From IMG/VR virus record IMGVR_UViG_3300030328_004930, positions 1 to 30,324 of that record: DNA of 30,324 bases. One strand, 5' to 3'. Both the position numbers and the translations under genes were made by a program. Positions 1 through 10,100 of this stretch are shown here, piece after piece. Positions within the stretch are counted from its first letter, which is position 1, and each line of letters opens with the position of its first letter. This DNA is from a virus (lineage: Duplodnaviria > Caudoviricetes). The notes beneath the pieces are model-generated. The model had not been told where the DNA came from. It was given only the letters and a program-made list of their open reading frames with translations, and did not search any database.

Positions 1-1
1 G

Positions 2-1321
2 ATGCAGAAAAACCCTAGAGATATAAAATTAAATCCAAACCAGTCTAGTTTTATCCAATGCGAAGAGCAAGTGATTGCCTTCTTTGGAGGGATTGGAAAT
101 GGAAAAACCTTTGCCGGAATCCTTAAAGGTATTTTAAGAGTCCTGGATAAGAATCAGCCACCACAATTAGGCATGATTGCCAGGCAAACCTACCCAGAAT
201 TAAGAGACTCAACTCAGAGAACTTTCTTTGAGTTATTGCATTTATTGGGCTTTTTACCTGGGGTCCATTATGATTATAAAAAGCAGGAAAACCGGTGCAT
301 ATTTAAGAATGGGCATGAGATTATATTCAGATCTTTAGATGATCCTGCCAAGCTGTTATCGATCAATTTAGGTTGGTTCTATATAGACCAGGCTGAAGAA
401 GTCAGCGAGGAAGTTTTCCTAACCCTATTAGGTCGATTAAGAGCAGTCTCAAACCCTCAATGCTACATCACTGGTAACCCACTTGGACATAACTGGGTGT
501 GGCATAGATTTATACATGATCCGGTCCCAGGCAACATCATATTTAATGCTAAGACTGAAGAAAATATTGATAACCTACCCGAAGGTTACATTGATACATT
601 AAAAAAGAACTACAATGAAATCTGGGTAAATAGATATTTGTATGGATCCTGGGATGCTTTTGAAGGACAGATCTTTCCAGACTTTGAGCCCAGTGTTCAT
701 GTAGTTAATGACTTTATGCCAGATTCATCCTGGAGAAGATTTATAGCGATTGATCATGGAAGGACCAATCCAACTGCTGTTTTATGGGGAGCAGTCAACC
801 AGGATGATGTTATGTTTATCTATCGAGAGCATTATGAAGCCGGAATGGATGTAGACTACCACGCCAGGGCGATTAAAGCTCACTTAAATGAAGGTAGATA
901 TGAGACTTATGTTATTGATCCTAGTACCGGTGCAGGAAAGGTGGGAGATCCGGAGACTATAGGAAACCGATATAGGCAATTACATATTCCAGTAGTCAAT
1001 GCAAACAATGATGTTCAAGGTGGGATTGATAAGGTAACCCAGTACATCAAAAAGAACAAATTAATGATCACTAGGTCCTGCGAGAATTTGAGGCGAGAGC
1101 TTATCAATTATCAGTGGGAACAGCCTAGTGCATCCAGAATGGAATTAAACAGTCCAGAAAAACCTTTAAAGAAGGATGATCATGCAGTGGATGCTCTTAG
1201 ATATTTAATTGGAGAAGCTGTAGACAGTGCGAAGAGACCAGATACCAGGAGCGAAACCGAAAGATTTATTGACACTATTGTGGTCGATAATCCTTCACAA
1301 CCTCAATGGGATAGTATGTAA
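2..1321 (+). CDS. terL: Terminase large subunit (start at window edge, may extend upstream)
   Basis: Walker A GGIGNGKT, Walker B-like WFYIDQAEE, coupling motif TGNP, RNase H-like nuclease motifs IAIDHG and KDDHAVDALRY. Confidence 0.95.
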   Translation: MQKNPRDIKLNPNQSSFIQCEEQVIAFFGGIGNGKTFAGILKGILRVLDKNQPPQLGMIARQTYPELRDSTQRTFFELLHLLGFLPGVHYDYKKQENRCIFKNGHEIIFRSLDDPAKLLSINLGWFYIDQAEEVSEEVFLTLLGRLRAVSNPQCYITGNPLGHNWVWHRFIHDPVPGNIIFNAKTEENIDNLPEGYIDTLKKNYNEIWVNRYLYGSWDAFEGQIFPDFEPSVHVVNDFMPDSSWRRFIAIDHGRTNPTAVLWGAVNQDDVMFIYREHYEAGMDVDYHARAIKAHLNEGRYETYVIDPSTGAGKVGDPETIGNRYRQLHIPVVNANNDVQGGIDKVTQYIKKNKLMITRSCENLRRELINYQWEQPSASRMELNSPEKPLKKDDHAVDALRYLIGEAVDSAKRPDTRSETERFIDTIVVDNPSQPQWDSM

Positions 1322-3210
1322 TGGCAGGAATGGATTATTATCCGGCACTGGACCAAGAGTCTGCATTAGACCAGGTAGCCGAAGCAAGTGAAAGAATACC
1401 ACAAGTTCGCAACTGGTTAGATCGCAGTAAGAAAGCCAGGGAATCTCAATCAGATCGATGGAGAAAGAATGAAAGGTTGTACTATGGTAGACATTGGGCA
1501 AACCCAAGCAAGGGAACTGAAAGCCAGTCCAGGATGATCTTTAATTTTCCATTGGCAGTGGTAGAAACTATTTTACCAATTGTTAATGATTTTCAACCTA
1601 CTGTTGACATTATGCCCAGGGAAAAGAATGACATTTGGTTTGCTGAGATGATGCAGAAAAGATTTCAGCAGATTGTAGAAGAGTGCAATTTATATGGTCA
1701 GATTCTCCAGGCAGTTAAAGACAGTTTAATTTATTCCAATGGGTTTTTGCAGATCTTACCTCAGATTACTGAAGCAGGAGTATTTAAAGGATTTGATATA
1801 CAAGTCATTGATCCCTTTACAGTAGTACCTCATCCTTATGCAACCGATCTTAACCTGGAATCTGGTGAGTATTTTATGTTTGCTGTTCCAATGGAAACTT
1901 CCAGGATTTATAGAGAGTTTGGAGTTAAGTGCAGTGCTGATGGAAAACTAGATGATTACAGAGCATATCAAAAGAATAATGATCATGGTGGAATAGAAAA
2001 TGCCAGTGCTGAATCAGATTATGACATGGCACTAGTTATTGAGTGTTATTCAAATGAAGCTGATAAAGAAAAATATCCAAATGGAAGGCATACTGTAGTA
2101 GTGGGTGATAAGCTCATAGTAGATGAACCATTAGAGCTCTATCGGATGCCAGTGTTTATGGTTTCTAATTACAAATCTCCTCACAACTTTTGGGGAATAG
2201 GTGAGACTGATCTAGTAAGAACTCAAACCAAAGCAATGAATGAAACCTTTTCAGCTATCAATGAGAACATAAGAAGAATGGGTTTTCCAGTTCGCAAGGT
2301 TACTCAAAGAGCTAAAGGTCAAATGACTAGACCAATTACCGGTGCTCCTGGTGAAGAAATTACAGTAGTGGATCCGGCAGATGTTACATTTGAGTCACCT
2401 CCTCCAATACCAGGGTATATACAAAATTACATAGCTCAAGTTGGGCAATTTATGGAACATATCACTGGTGTAAATGATGTTACACAAGGGAGAAAACCAG
2501 GAGGGGTAACATCGGGAAGAGCGATTGTAGCCTTACAAGAAGCCAGTCAAACCAGACAAAGATTTAAGATTAATAAAGAAGTAGCCAGACTCACTAAAGA
2601 AATTGGCGAATATATGGTCCAAATGATCCTCACTTTTGATGAAGAGATCCGATCTATAAGGGAAAGAGATGCTGAAGGTCAATTTCAATTTGTTGAGTTC
2701 AACCCAATGGCTGTATATGATGCCGATGGTAATATGGAAGGCACTCCACAATTTGATCCAGGAACAGCTAAAAAACTTATGGATAGTGAGTTTGATGTAG
2801 ATGTTACCAATGGATCCAGGTATGCTCAAGGCAGAGTAGCCAATGAAGAAAGAGCAATGGAATTATTTCAAGCAGGGGTTTATGGTATTGAAGAAGTGGT
2901 TAATGCTTTAAATATCAGTGATAAGCAAGATGTTATTCAAAATTGGTATGTCAGAAATCAAATGGTCCCACCACAGCAACAAGTTCAACAAGCTGAACAA
3001 GTCCAAGAGCAGTTAGGAATGTTAGTTGCTCAAGTTATGCAAGAAGGACCTGGAGGACCAGGTGAGGAAGCACTGGCACAAATGATTATAGCAAACCCTG
3101 GGCTTGTTGAGTCACCGGATTATTTACAATTACCAAGCGAAATCCAGGAAAGAATTAACACAGTAGTAGGATTAATAGGAGGGCAGGATGAACCAGATTC
3201 TGGGGTCTAA
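1321..3210 (+). CDS. Portal protein (P22-like podovirus type)
   Basis: 629 aa, coupled to terL by TAATG; FWGIG, ITGVNDVTQG and VTSGRAI motifs; Gln-rich helical C-terminus typical of P22-like portals. Confidence 0.88.
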   Translation: MAGMDYYPALDQESALDQVAEASERIPQVRNWLDRSKKARESQSDRWRKNERLYYGRHWANPSKGTESQSRMIFNFPLAVVETILPIVNDFQPTVDIMPREKNDIWFAEMMQKRFQQIVEECNLYGQILQAVKDSLIYSNGFLQILPQITEAGVFKGFDIQVIDPFTVVPHPYATDLNLESGEYFMFAVPMETSRIYREFGVKCSADGKLDDYRAYQKNNDHGGIENASAESDYDMALVIECYSNEADKEKYPNGRHTVVVGDKLIVDEPLELYRMPVFMVSNYKSPHNFWGIGETDLVRTQTKAMNETFSAINENIRRMGFPVRKVTQRAKGQMTRPITGAPGEEITVVDPADVTFESPPPIPGYIQNYIAQVGQFMEHITGVNDVTQGRKPGGVTSGRAIVALQEASQTRQRFKINKEVARLTKEIGEYMVQMILTFDEEIRSIRERDAEGQFQFVEFNPMAVYDADGNMEGTPQFDPGTAKKLMDSEFDVDVTNGSRYAQGRVANEERAMELFQAGVYGIEEVVNALNISDKQDVIQNWYVRNQMVPPQQQVQQAEQVQEQLGMLVAQVMQEGPGGPGEEALAQMIIANPGLVESPDYLQLPSEIQERINTVVGLIGGQDEPDSGV

Positions 3211-3276
3211 ACTGAGGCAAGTTGAAAGCAATTTTCTTGTCCTCCAAAACTTTACAAACTATAAGGAAATAGTAAC

Positions 3277-3537
3277 ATGGCAAAAATAAAAAAGCATAAG
3301 ATAGTAAAAATAAAAAAACCCTCGGCAAAGGAAATGAAGGAAATGGATCGGTCGGTAGGATTCTGGAGAAGAGATGGTGGATTTCAAATCTCCTCCCATT
3401 ATAATGATGAACCAATGGATTACTGGAAGGCTGATTCAATAAGGAAAGCCCCAACTGATTCAGCCTCAACTGATTCAATACCTAAAAAACCTAAAGCTAA
3501 GAAAAAGAAAAAAAGAAAAGTATTAAGGATTAACTAA
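3277..3537 (+). CDS. Small Lys-rich hypothetical protein
   Basis: AAGGA RBS upstream of ATG; both termini very basic; TAATG-coupled to the next ORF. Confidence 0.65.
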   Translation: MAKIKKHKIVKIKKPSAKEMKEMDRSVGFWRRDGGFQISSHYNDEPMDYWKADSIRKAPTDSASTDSIPKKPKAKKKKKRKVLRIN

Positions 3538-3629
3538 TGCCAAAATTAAAAAATAAGAAATACCCTTATTCTAAAAAGGGATATAAAGCTTATATGAAAG
3601 CATTAAAAAAAATAAAGGAAGGTAAGTGA
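3537..3629 (+). CDS. 30-aa basic peptide MPKLKNKKYPYSKKGYKAYMKALKKIKEGK (not in ORF track)
   Basis: Translated by hand; its start overlaps the upstream stop (TAATG) and its stop overlaps the downstream GTG (GTGA), filling the gap exactly. Confidence 0.7.
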   Translation: MPKLKNKKYPYSKKGYKAYMKALKKIKEGK

Positions 3630-4138
3630 TCCAGGTAATTCCAGACATACTTACCTCTGCCGAAGCACAAGATCTCATGGATATGACACCAAAGAATCAG
3701 TCAATAAATTCATTTTCTAATAAAATTGTGCAGAAAGTAGCGAATACCTATCAATCTAAGATTAAGGACCAAACTTTTATTTTAGATAGTCCAAGCTATT
3801 GGAGAGTTGAAACTAGACCAAAAGGACACAAGTGGCACTATGATGGTTGCAAGGATTCCGGTGGCGAGTTAGTAGACAATCATATGCCCTGGTGTAGAAT
3901 TGGGACCACAGCATTGTTAACTCCTCATAATCAGTTTACTGGGGGAGAATTGAGCTTTAAACAAGCAGGAAAAGAATTTCAAATTAAAGACCACTATTTA
4001 AATGGTGTGATGTACTCAGCAGGGAAAGATGATAATCCTTCACTGCATAAAGTAGAGAAGCACAGTGGTAAGCGAACAGTATTATTAATGTTTTTTGCAA
4101 CTAACCCAGTGTCGAAAGACCAACTGAAAGGAAACTAA
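3626..4138 (+). CDS. 2OG-Fe(II) oxygenase (prolyl-hydroxylase-like)
   Basis: HxD motif (WHYDG), FTGGEL, distal His (LHKVE) and 2OG-binding Arg (GKRTVLLMF). Confidence 0.85.
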   Translation: MIQVIPDILTSAEAQDLMDMTPKNQSINSFSNKIVQKVANTYQSKIKDQTFILDSPSYWRVETRPKGHKWHYDGCKDSGGELVDNHMPWCRIGTTALLTPHNQFTGGELSFKQAGKEFQIKDHYLNGVMYSAGKDDNPSLHKVEKHSGKRTVLLMFFATNPVSKDQLKGN

Positions 4139-4140
4139 AC

Positions 4141-5079
4141 ATGACTGAAATAAATGTAGTTGGAACTACAAACTTAAATGTAGAACCAGAATCAGAACAA
4201 ATAGTAACTGGGAATTACTCAACCGATCCTTTTGTCGGTGAGATGACAACCTCAACTGATAGCTATGACAACATTTCAATACCGGGCGAACTCCTCGAGG
4301 AGCAATCACAACCTGGTAATGATACAGAACCGGCTGAGACCACAGAGTCTACAGAAACAGCCCAACAAACCGAATCAACTAATATTTCCGACAAGGAAAA
4401 TTCCGATGATGTACAAGAGCAACCTCAAGCAGATAGCGAAACCATTTATGAGATGGAAGATGGCTCAAGATACACTGAAGATGACATCCTTTCCTGGAAG
4501 CAAGATGCTGATAATAGACATGACTGGAATAAATCAAATACTGAGAAAGCCCAGGAAGTTGCTGATCAGAGAAGGGCAATAGAGCCTTTTATTCAATTAG
4601 TTGAGAAATTCAAAACCTCGGAAGATTTTGCAGAAACCTTTAAGGAAGCTGTAGAAGATGAACTTGGAGAAGAAGCAGGGCAACTGTTTGAACAGTCCCT
4701 AAAGATGGATAACAAGGACCTTCCGAATCCTTATGAATCTGAATTAACAGAGGCATTGGAACAACTCGAACAGATTAAATCCCAACAAGCACTTGATCAA
4801 TCATTAACCGACCTAAAGTCAACATACAAAATAAATGAGTCGAAAGCCCAGGAAGTCTTGGGCTATGCGATTAAAACACATAAAGAGACTGGTCGGTTAC
4901 TCACTTTGGATGAGGCTTATAAGGTAATGAATTTTGACAAAGCAGTTGCAGAACCTAAGACTGTTAAGCCAAAACCATCTGTTCCAGTCAATGTACAAAA
5001 GACTGTCGGTGTCAAGTCTGATAAACAATCCAAAATAAGGAATTATGAGGACATTGATGTCGCATCATTTTTTAATTAA
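4141..5079 (+). CDS. Putative head scaffolding protein
   Basis: Acidic low-complexity N-terminus, helical middle, basic C-terminal tail; lies directly before the capsid gene; AAAGGA RBS. Confidence 0.7.
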   Translation: MTEINVVGTTNLNVEPESEQIVTGNYSTDPFVGEMTTSTDSYDNISIPGELLEEQSQPGNDTEPAETTESTETAQQTESTNISDKENSDDVQEQPQADSETIYEMEDGSRYTEDDILSWKQDADNRHDWNKSNTEKAQEVADQRRAIEPFIQLVEKFKTSEDFAETFKEAVEDELGEEAGQLFEQSLKMDNKDLPNPYESELTEALEQLEQIKSQQALDQSLTDLKSTYKINESKAQEVLGYAIKTHKETGRLLTLDEAYKVMNFDKAVAEPKTVKPKPSVPVNVQKTVGVKSDKQSKIRNYEDIDVASFFN

Positions 5080-5102
5080 TAATACAAAACAAGGAGTCTT
5101 AA

Positions 5103-6200
5103 ATGGCTAACATTATGGTAGCAGGGAATACCGGTAACGCTTCCCTAAGTGCCTTAATCCAACAGTATTATATGCCAGTTCTGTATGACAATATTTTTAA
5201 AAAGAGTCATCCATTACTAGCTATAATGAAAGCAAAGGCAAAGACCTTTAATGGTCGAGAAATAGTAGTTCCAGTTGAATACGCTGATGGCAGTGGAAGT
5301 GCTTGGGGTAATCAACATGGTCTTGGATCAGCTTATGATCCTGCATTAGCAGATATTGCAAAGACTGCAAACTACAACCCAACTATGCTAACCGGTCACT
5401 TTCTTTTAACTAAGGAAGAGACTTTGGTAATGAATAGCCCACAAGCTATTAAAAACATAGTCGGTGCAAAAGTCAAAAACCTACAAAAATCATTAGAGAA
5501 AAAAGTAGCAGAAAATATGTTTGCTACCTCTTTGACTACTGATGCTTTTAATCCGGTTGCTGTTTTATGTAATGATTCAATAGAAGTGGGAGGTATTAAC
5601 CCAAGTTCTGATACTTGGTGGAAAACTCCGGTATTAACTTTTGCTGATTTCAGTGATGCTACTGGAGACAGTGGTGATTCTGATTCAACTGTTGATTCTT
5701 TATCAGAAGATGACATGGTGAACAGTGCTAAAAACACTTACATTTTAAGAGTTTTAGCAAAAGGTGTCGCTAATGCAAAAGCACAAACCGGTGAAAATCC
5801 AGATCTAATTATTTGCCCTCAATATATCTATGATTTAATTGAGAGTGAAATTGATCCAAGAAAAACTGGTAGTAGAATGTCAGAAAGAATGGGATCAATG
5901 GGATTCACTGGATTGAATTTCAGAGGTATTGATATTGTAGCTGACCAAGATATGGTTACAGCACAAGTTGATTCATCTGCTTCATCTGTTGGTTATGATG
6001 GTAGGATCTATTTTTTAAATACTAATTACCTTTATATGTTCTTTAATTCCGGTGCAAAGTTTACAGCATCAGATATGATTGAAGACACTAAGAGTAATAC
6101 TTTTGTTCAGAAGGTACATACTTATGGTAATTTGGCTATAACTAATAGAAAAGCCCATTGTGTGGTAAGAGATCTTTATTCACCAAAAGATTACGCCTAA
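5103..6200 (+). CDS. Major capsid protein (HK97 fold expected)
   Basis: 365 aa after scaffold; strong AAGGAG RBS; PDLII, GFTGLNFRGIDIVAD, IYFLNTNYL and YGNLAITNR motifs typical of a widespread phage capsid family. Confidence 0.9.
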   Translation: MANIMVAGNTGNASLSALIQQYYMPVLYDNIFKKSHPLLAIMKAKAKTFNGREIVVPVEYADGSGSAWGNQHGLGSAYDPALADIAKTANYNPTMLTGHFLLTKEETLVMNSPQAIKNIVGAKVKNLQKSLEKKVAENMFATSLTTDAFNPVAVLCNDSIEVGGINPSSDTWWKTPVLTFADFSDATGDSGDSDSTVDSLSEDDMVNSAKNTYILRVLAKGVANAKAQTGENPDLIICPQYIYDLIESEIDPRKTGSRMSERMGSMGFTGLNFRGIDIVADQDMVTAQVDSSASSVGYDGRIYFLNTNYLYMFFNSGAKFTASDMIEDTKSNTFVQKVHTYGNLAITNRKAHCVVRDLYSPKDYA

Positions 6201-6214
6201 TCAATAAACTAACC

Positions 6215-6255
6215 TTATGGTCCCTGGTTTTTTTTATTTCCCCCAGGGACCATAA
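6215..6255 (+). promoter_or_regulatory. Perfect 13-bp hairpin after the capsid gene (terminator/attenuator or mRNA-stabilising stem)
   Basis: TTATGGTCCCTGG (6215-6227) pairs with CCAGGGACCATAA (6243-6255) around a 15-nt pyrimidine-rich loop; no U-tract after the stem. Confidence 0.7.
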
Positions 6256-6270
6256 AACCCTGGAGACTTT

Positions 6271-6999
6271 ATGACAACATCAACTATGTTAACCATTTTA
6301 GGAGATCGAATGGAAGATACCTCTGGAGATCTTTTTTCAACTGCTATTAAACAAAGGTATTTGAACCGAGCCCAGGATAAAGTCATTCAGATGTTAAATC
6401 CTCACTTATTAACCGATCTTCATGTATTAAAAACCGGTATATCGATGTCTACTGATGCCAATGTAGATACACACTTTAAAAGCTATTTTATCCCTACTCA
6501 AGCCGGTGCATTGGATAGCGATCCATTTGGTGGATCATTAGGAATCATGGGTATTCGGATAGCAAATAGCAATTTTATTCGCAAAATATCCTTTGATATG
6601 GCTAAAGATTTTTCAACTGGATTAGTGACTTTTAGTGGAACTGAGCCGGTTTACTTTATTTTTCAAAACCGAGTGTACATCTATAACAATACTGCAAATG
6701 TAGACTGTTATTATATTAAAACACCATCTGTATTGAATTTTGATAGTATATCTCCTGCTGTAGACTGCGACCTAAATGCAATCTTTCATGATGCAATCTT
6801 AGAATTTGCTGAAGCTGAATTGTGGAGAACAGTAAATAAGCAAGATCGCATGAACACAGCTTTAACCAGGGGCTATGAATATTTAGGAAAATACAATCAA
6901 AATCCGGCTACTCAAGTAGTAGGAGAAGGATTGCCTTTTGATTATTCAAGTAGTAATGCTCTTATTGATCCTATATACCCTAATTACCCAGTAGGCTAA
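6271..6999 (+). CDS. Putative head-tail adaptor (tail tubular protein A-like)
   Basis: Position after capsid; N-terminal YLNRAQDKV helix and C-terminal FHDAILEFA pattern typical of adaptors; GGAG RBS. Confidence 0.7.
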   Translation: MTTSTMLTILGDRMEDTSGDLFSTAIKQRYLNRAQDKVIQMLNPHLLTDLHVLKTGISMSTDANVDTHFKSYFIPTQAGALDSDPFGGSLGIMGIRIANSNFIRKISFDMAKDFSTGLVTFSGTEPVYFIFQNRVYIYNNTANVDCYYIKTPSVLNFDSISPAVDCDLNAIFHDAILEFAEAELWRTVNKQDRMNTALTRGYEYLGKYNQNPATQVVGEGLPFDYSSSNALIDPIYPNYPVG

Positions 7000-7000
7000 G

Positions 7001-7195
7001 ATGACTTGTTATCATTGCAACACTGAATTAATACCAGGAGGAGATCACACTTATGAGGATCATGGGTTAGATCAAGAAGGTATAGTCACCAATTTATCTT
7101 GTCCGAAATGCCCAACAACAGTGTATGTATATCATGACCTGGAACCCGAAGAAGATGAAACTTTATTAATTAATATTTTAAAAGAAGAAAAGTAA
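7001..7195 (+). CDS. Small Zn-ribbon protein
   Basis: CYHC...GGD...NLSCPKC two-knuckle motif; fills the gap between adaptor and nozzle genes. Confidence 0.7.
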   Translation: MTCYHCNTELIPGGDHTYEDHGLDQEGIVTNLSCPKCPTTVYVYHDLEPEEDETLLINILKEEK

Positions 7196-10100
7196 TTGCC
7201 AAAATACATTGACATAAATGATTTTGAGGGAGCTCTTACCAATGCTGATATTGAGGACCTTCCAGATAATGTAGCCCAGGAGATTAAAAACTTAAAGATC
7301 CAGGGAGGAAAGCTAGAGAAAACCTTTGGAGCCGGTAGTCCTGCTGATCTACCTACATTTGAATTAGCCCTGGTCAATAGTGAGCTTAGTAAGACTTATG
7401 CAGTGTACAATATTTTTACCTTTGTATCGGATAAATTTACTGGCAATTCTAATGATGCAGGAGATGGGTATCGCTATTTATTGGTTACAGTTGAAGCCAC
7501 TGCACAAACAGTAATCTTATGGTGGTATGATCCTTCAATGCCCGATGTTACCGATACTTTACAAATTGAAAATGATGTTATTTGGTTTGAAACTGCATCG
7601 GCTCATGGATTTGAAGTAGGTGATATGGTTATGGTCCAAGATGGAAAAGACAATGCCTCGCCTCAAGCCTCACAATCTGCCTGGAAAACTTATGAAAGTG
7701 TAGATATGGTTCCTTCTACTAAAAAATTAGGGGTTAATACCAACAGTGCAGATTCCTGGGGAGGGAGTTTTTTTGCAACCACTAATGTAACTGGATCTGT
7801 TGCTTATAGCTTTGGAGGAAAACATCAAACTCATCTATTGGTAGATAATGAGGTTGATTATGGAGGAACTAACTTTGCAAGTGTAGAAAAAATTGCGATT
7901 GCACCTACCGGTGGAAAAGTATTGAGCATTGCCCAGGGTAATACTAATAGTGGTAAAGATTTAGCCTATTGTATTTCATCAGCATATCTTGATCTAGGAT
8001 CATCTCTTTATACTACTTATAGAGGTAAGACTAATTTTAAAGTTATGTCAATGTTGGGATTCAATGATGCTATTTATATTCATTATTCTTATCAAGATGG
8101 AAGTCCGGTTGCTTATTATAATAAATTAGTTAAATACACTCTATCGGGATCCACTGTAGTTGAAACTGCTATTGGTGATTTAGGATCGCAAACCAATAGC
8201 ATAGTTAATTACGCTTCTTATATGACTGTTGCAAACAATCATTTGTTTGTTTTAGGTAAAAGTTTAGGATTGTTTAAAGTCAATACCAGTGGGACCATTA
8301 CTTCAATGACAGTATCGGGCATTGCAATGGTTAATGTAAAAGGAATCACTTCTATTACTCAAACCAATAGATTAAATGCTGATGGGAGCAGTTCTGGATC
8401 AGATGTTGCTCATGTATATTTAGTTATTGGGACCACAGATGGAAGTGCAAATACTAATTTATATACTTTAGATATTGCATCAAGTGAAACCTCATTTACT
8501 GCCTTTGGGACCACTTTAGCAAATACCACTATTAATCATTTAAAGAAAATGGATTTTGGGGAAAACAGCAACAAATCTGAATCAATAGTTATTCAATACA
8601 CTGGACTTAGTAATCGGCAATATTTAAGATATTCAAGTCATGATAGCGATACTGCAATTATAAGCGACATTGATACTGATATAGATAATAGTGTGTTCAG
8701 TATAACTACCGATGTCCATTTTATTGAAAACACTGCCCATCACCCAGGGTCCACCAGTTATTTAATGGTAGGAACTGATGATGTCACTAGCCCTGCCACA
8801 GCCGGTAATTTATATGGTGTGAATAATTCTAAAGGTGTTAAGACTTTTATGAGTGGAGCTTCGGGTGGGAAAACAAATTGGAACCCAACTTGCTTTGCTG
8901 ATTGTGTAACCGGTTCTGGGTTTTTTAGTTATGCAAAAGGATATATTGGAGTGTATGGAACTGAAGCTCAAGATGGATCTCCAGTAGGTGATCATGCTGA
9001 TGTATATCGCTTTACCGATATTGGATGGTATGCAAACTCTTTTGGAGGCAGTGGAGATTGTGATTACAGATGGATTGATGTCACTAATAAATATGATATT
9101 CCTACTTTATACCATAAAAAAGATCGCAACCCAATAGTTCCCTTTGGAGACACTTTAAGAGTCTTACCAGGAAACATTGCTAAAGTAAGCAGTAATGAGG
9201 CAAAAGGAGCCTGGATCGGGTACATTGATCGCTCTTTAATGAATGATGGGGTTACTCAAACCGGGTGGTTTGCTTATGCAAATACTTTAACCAATCCTTT
9301 CTCTTTTAATAGCGATACTGATATGTTAGAAACCAGTGATGAATTAAGAGACACTGATACTGTTAAATATAATTTAACTGCTATTTATGATGGGGTCCAG
9401 GAAACTGTATTAGAAGAAGATAAAACTTTACTGTTTGAAAAAAATAGCACTGCTAATGGAGATACAGTTGAAGATATTAGTAAAAGTAGATTGTCATTTA
9501 GTATAGATACTGACTTTACTACTTTAAATAAAAGAATTACTGGGTTTAACATTTATAGATCGGGTCGCTACAATGGAGTTTGGGAGACTTATAAAAAGGT
9601 AAGCGAGGTTAATTTTTTAAGGGCTGATGATACCTTTACTGACAGCAAAAGGGTTTTACTTCAAAGTAGCAATGATGATTTTGTATATGTCCAGGATCAA
9701 GACAATTATATATCTGGATTAGGAACATCTACTCTTGAAAATGGTAGCTATGCTATTAAAGTGGGGAATAATTGGAAAAAGAGAATTACTAATGCCGAAG
9801 CTCTTCAAGGCTATGCTTCTACCGGTGTTTATCTAAATGAAGAAATAACAAGTGGAGCGACCAGTGTTGCAGTCAGTGCTTCTAGTGGGTTAAGCAACTC
9901 TACCAGTTATTATTTAGATGGTGAAATAGTTACAGTTTCAGACACCCATGACAGCACTACTTTGTCAATTACCAGAGCTCAAGGAAGTCCAACTACCACA
10001 GCTTCATCTCACGCTAAATATACTGAATTTAGAGCCATTGCATTAAGCAACACTGGGTGGTATAAAATCACTTTAAATGAAAATTTAAGAGGAAAAAGAT

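Noticed and set aside
3215-3245. Imperfect stem GAGGCAAG...CTTGTCCTC after the portal gene
   Set aside because: Bulged, with no U-tract; cannot be distinguished from chance without homologues.
3431-3480. Three copies of CTGATTCA
   Set aside because: In-frame micro-duplication encoding (A/T)DS in a low-complexity protein; too short and irregular for CRISPR or an operator array.
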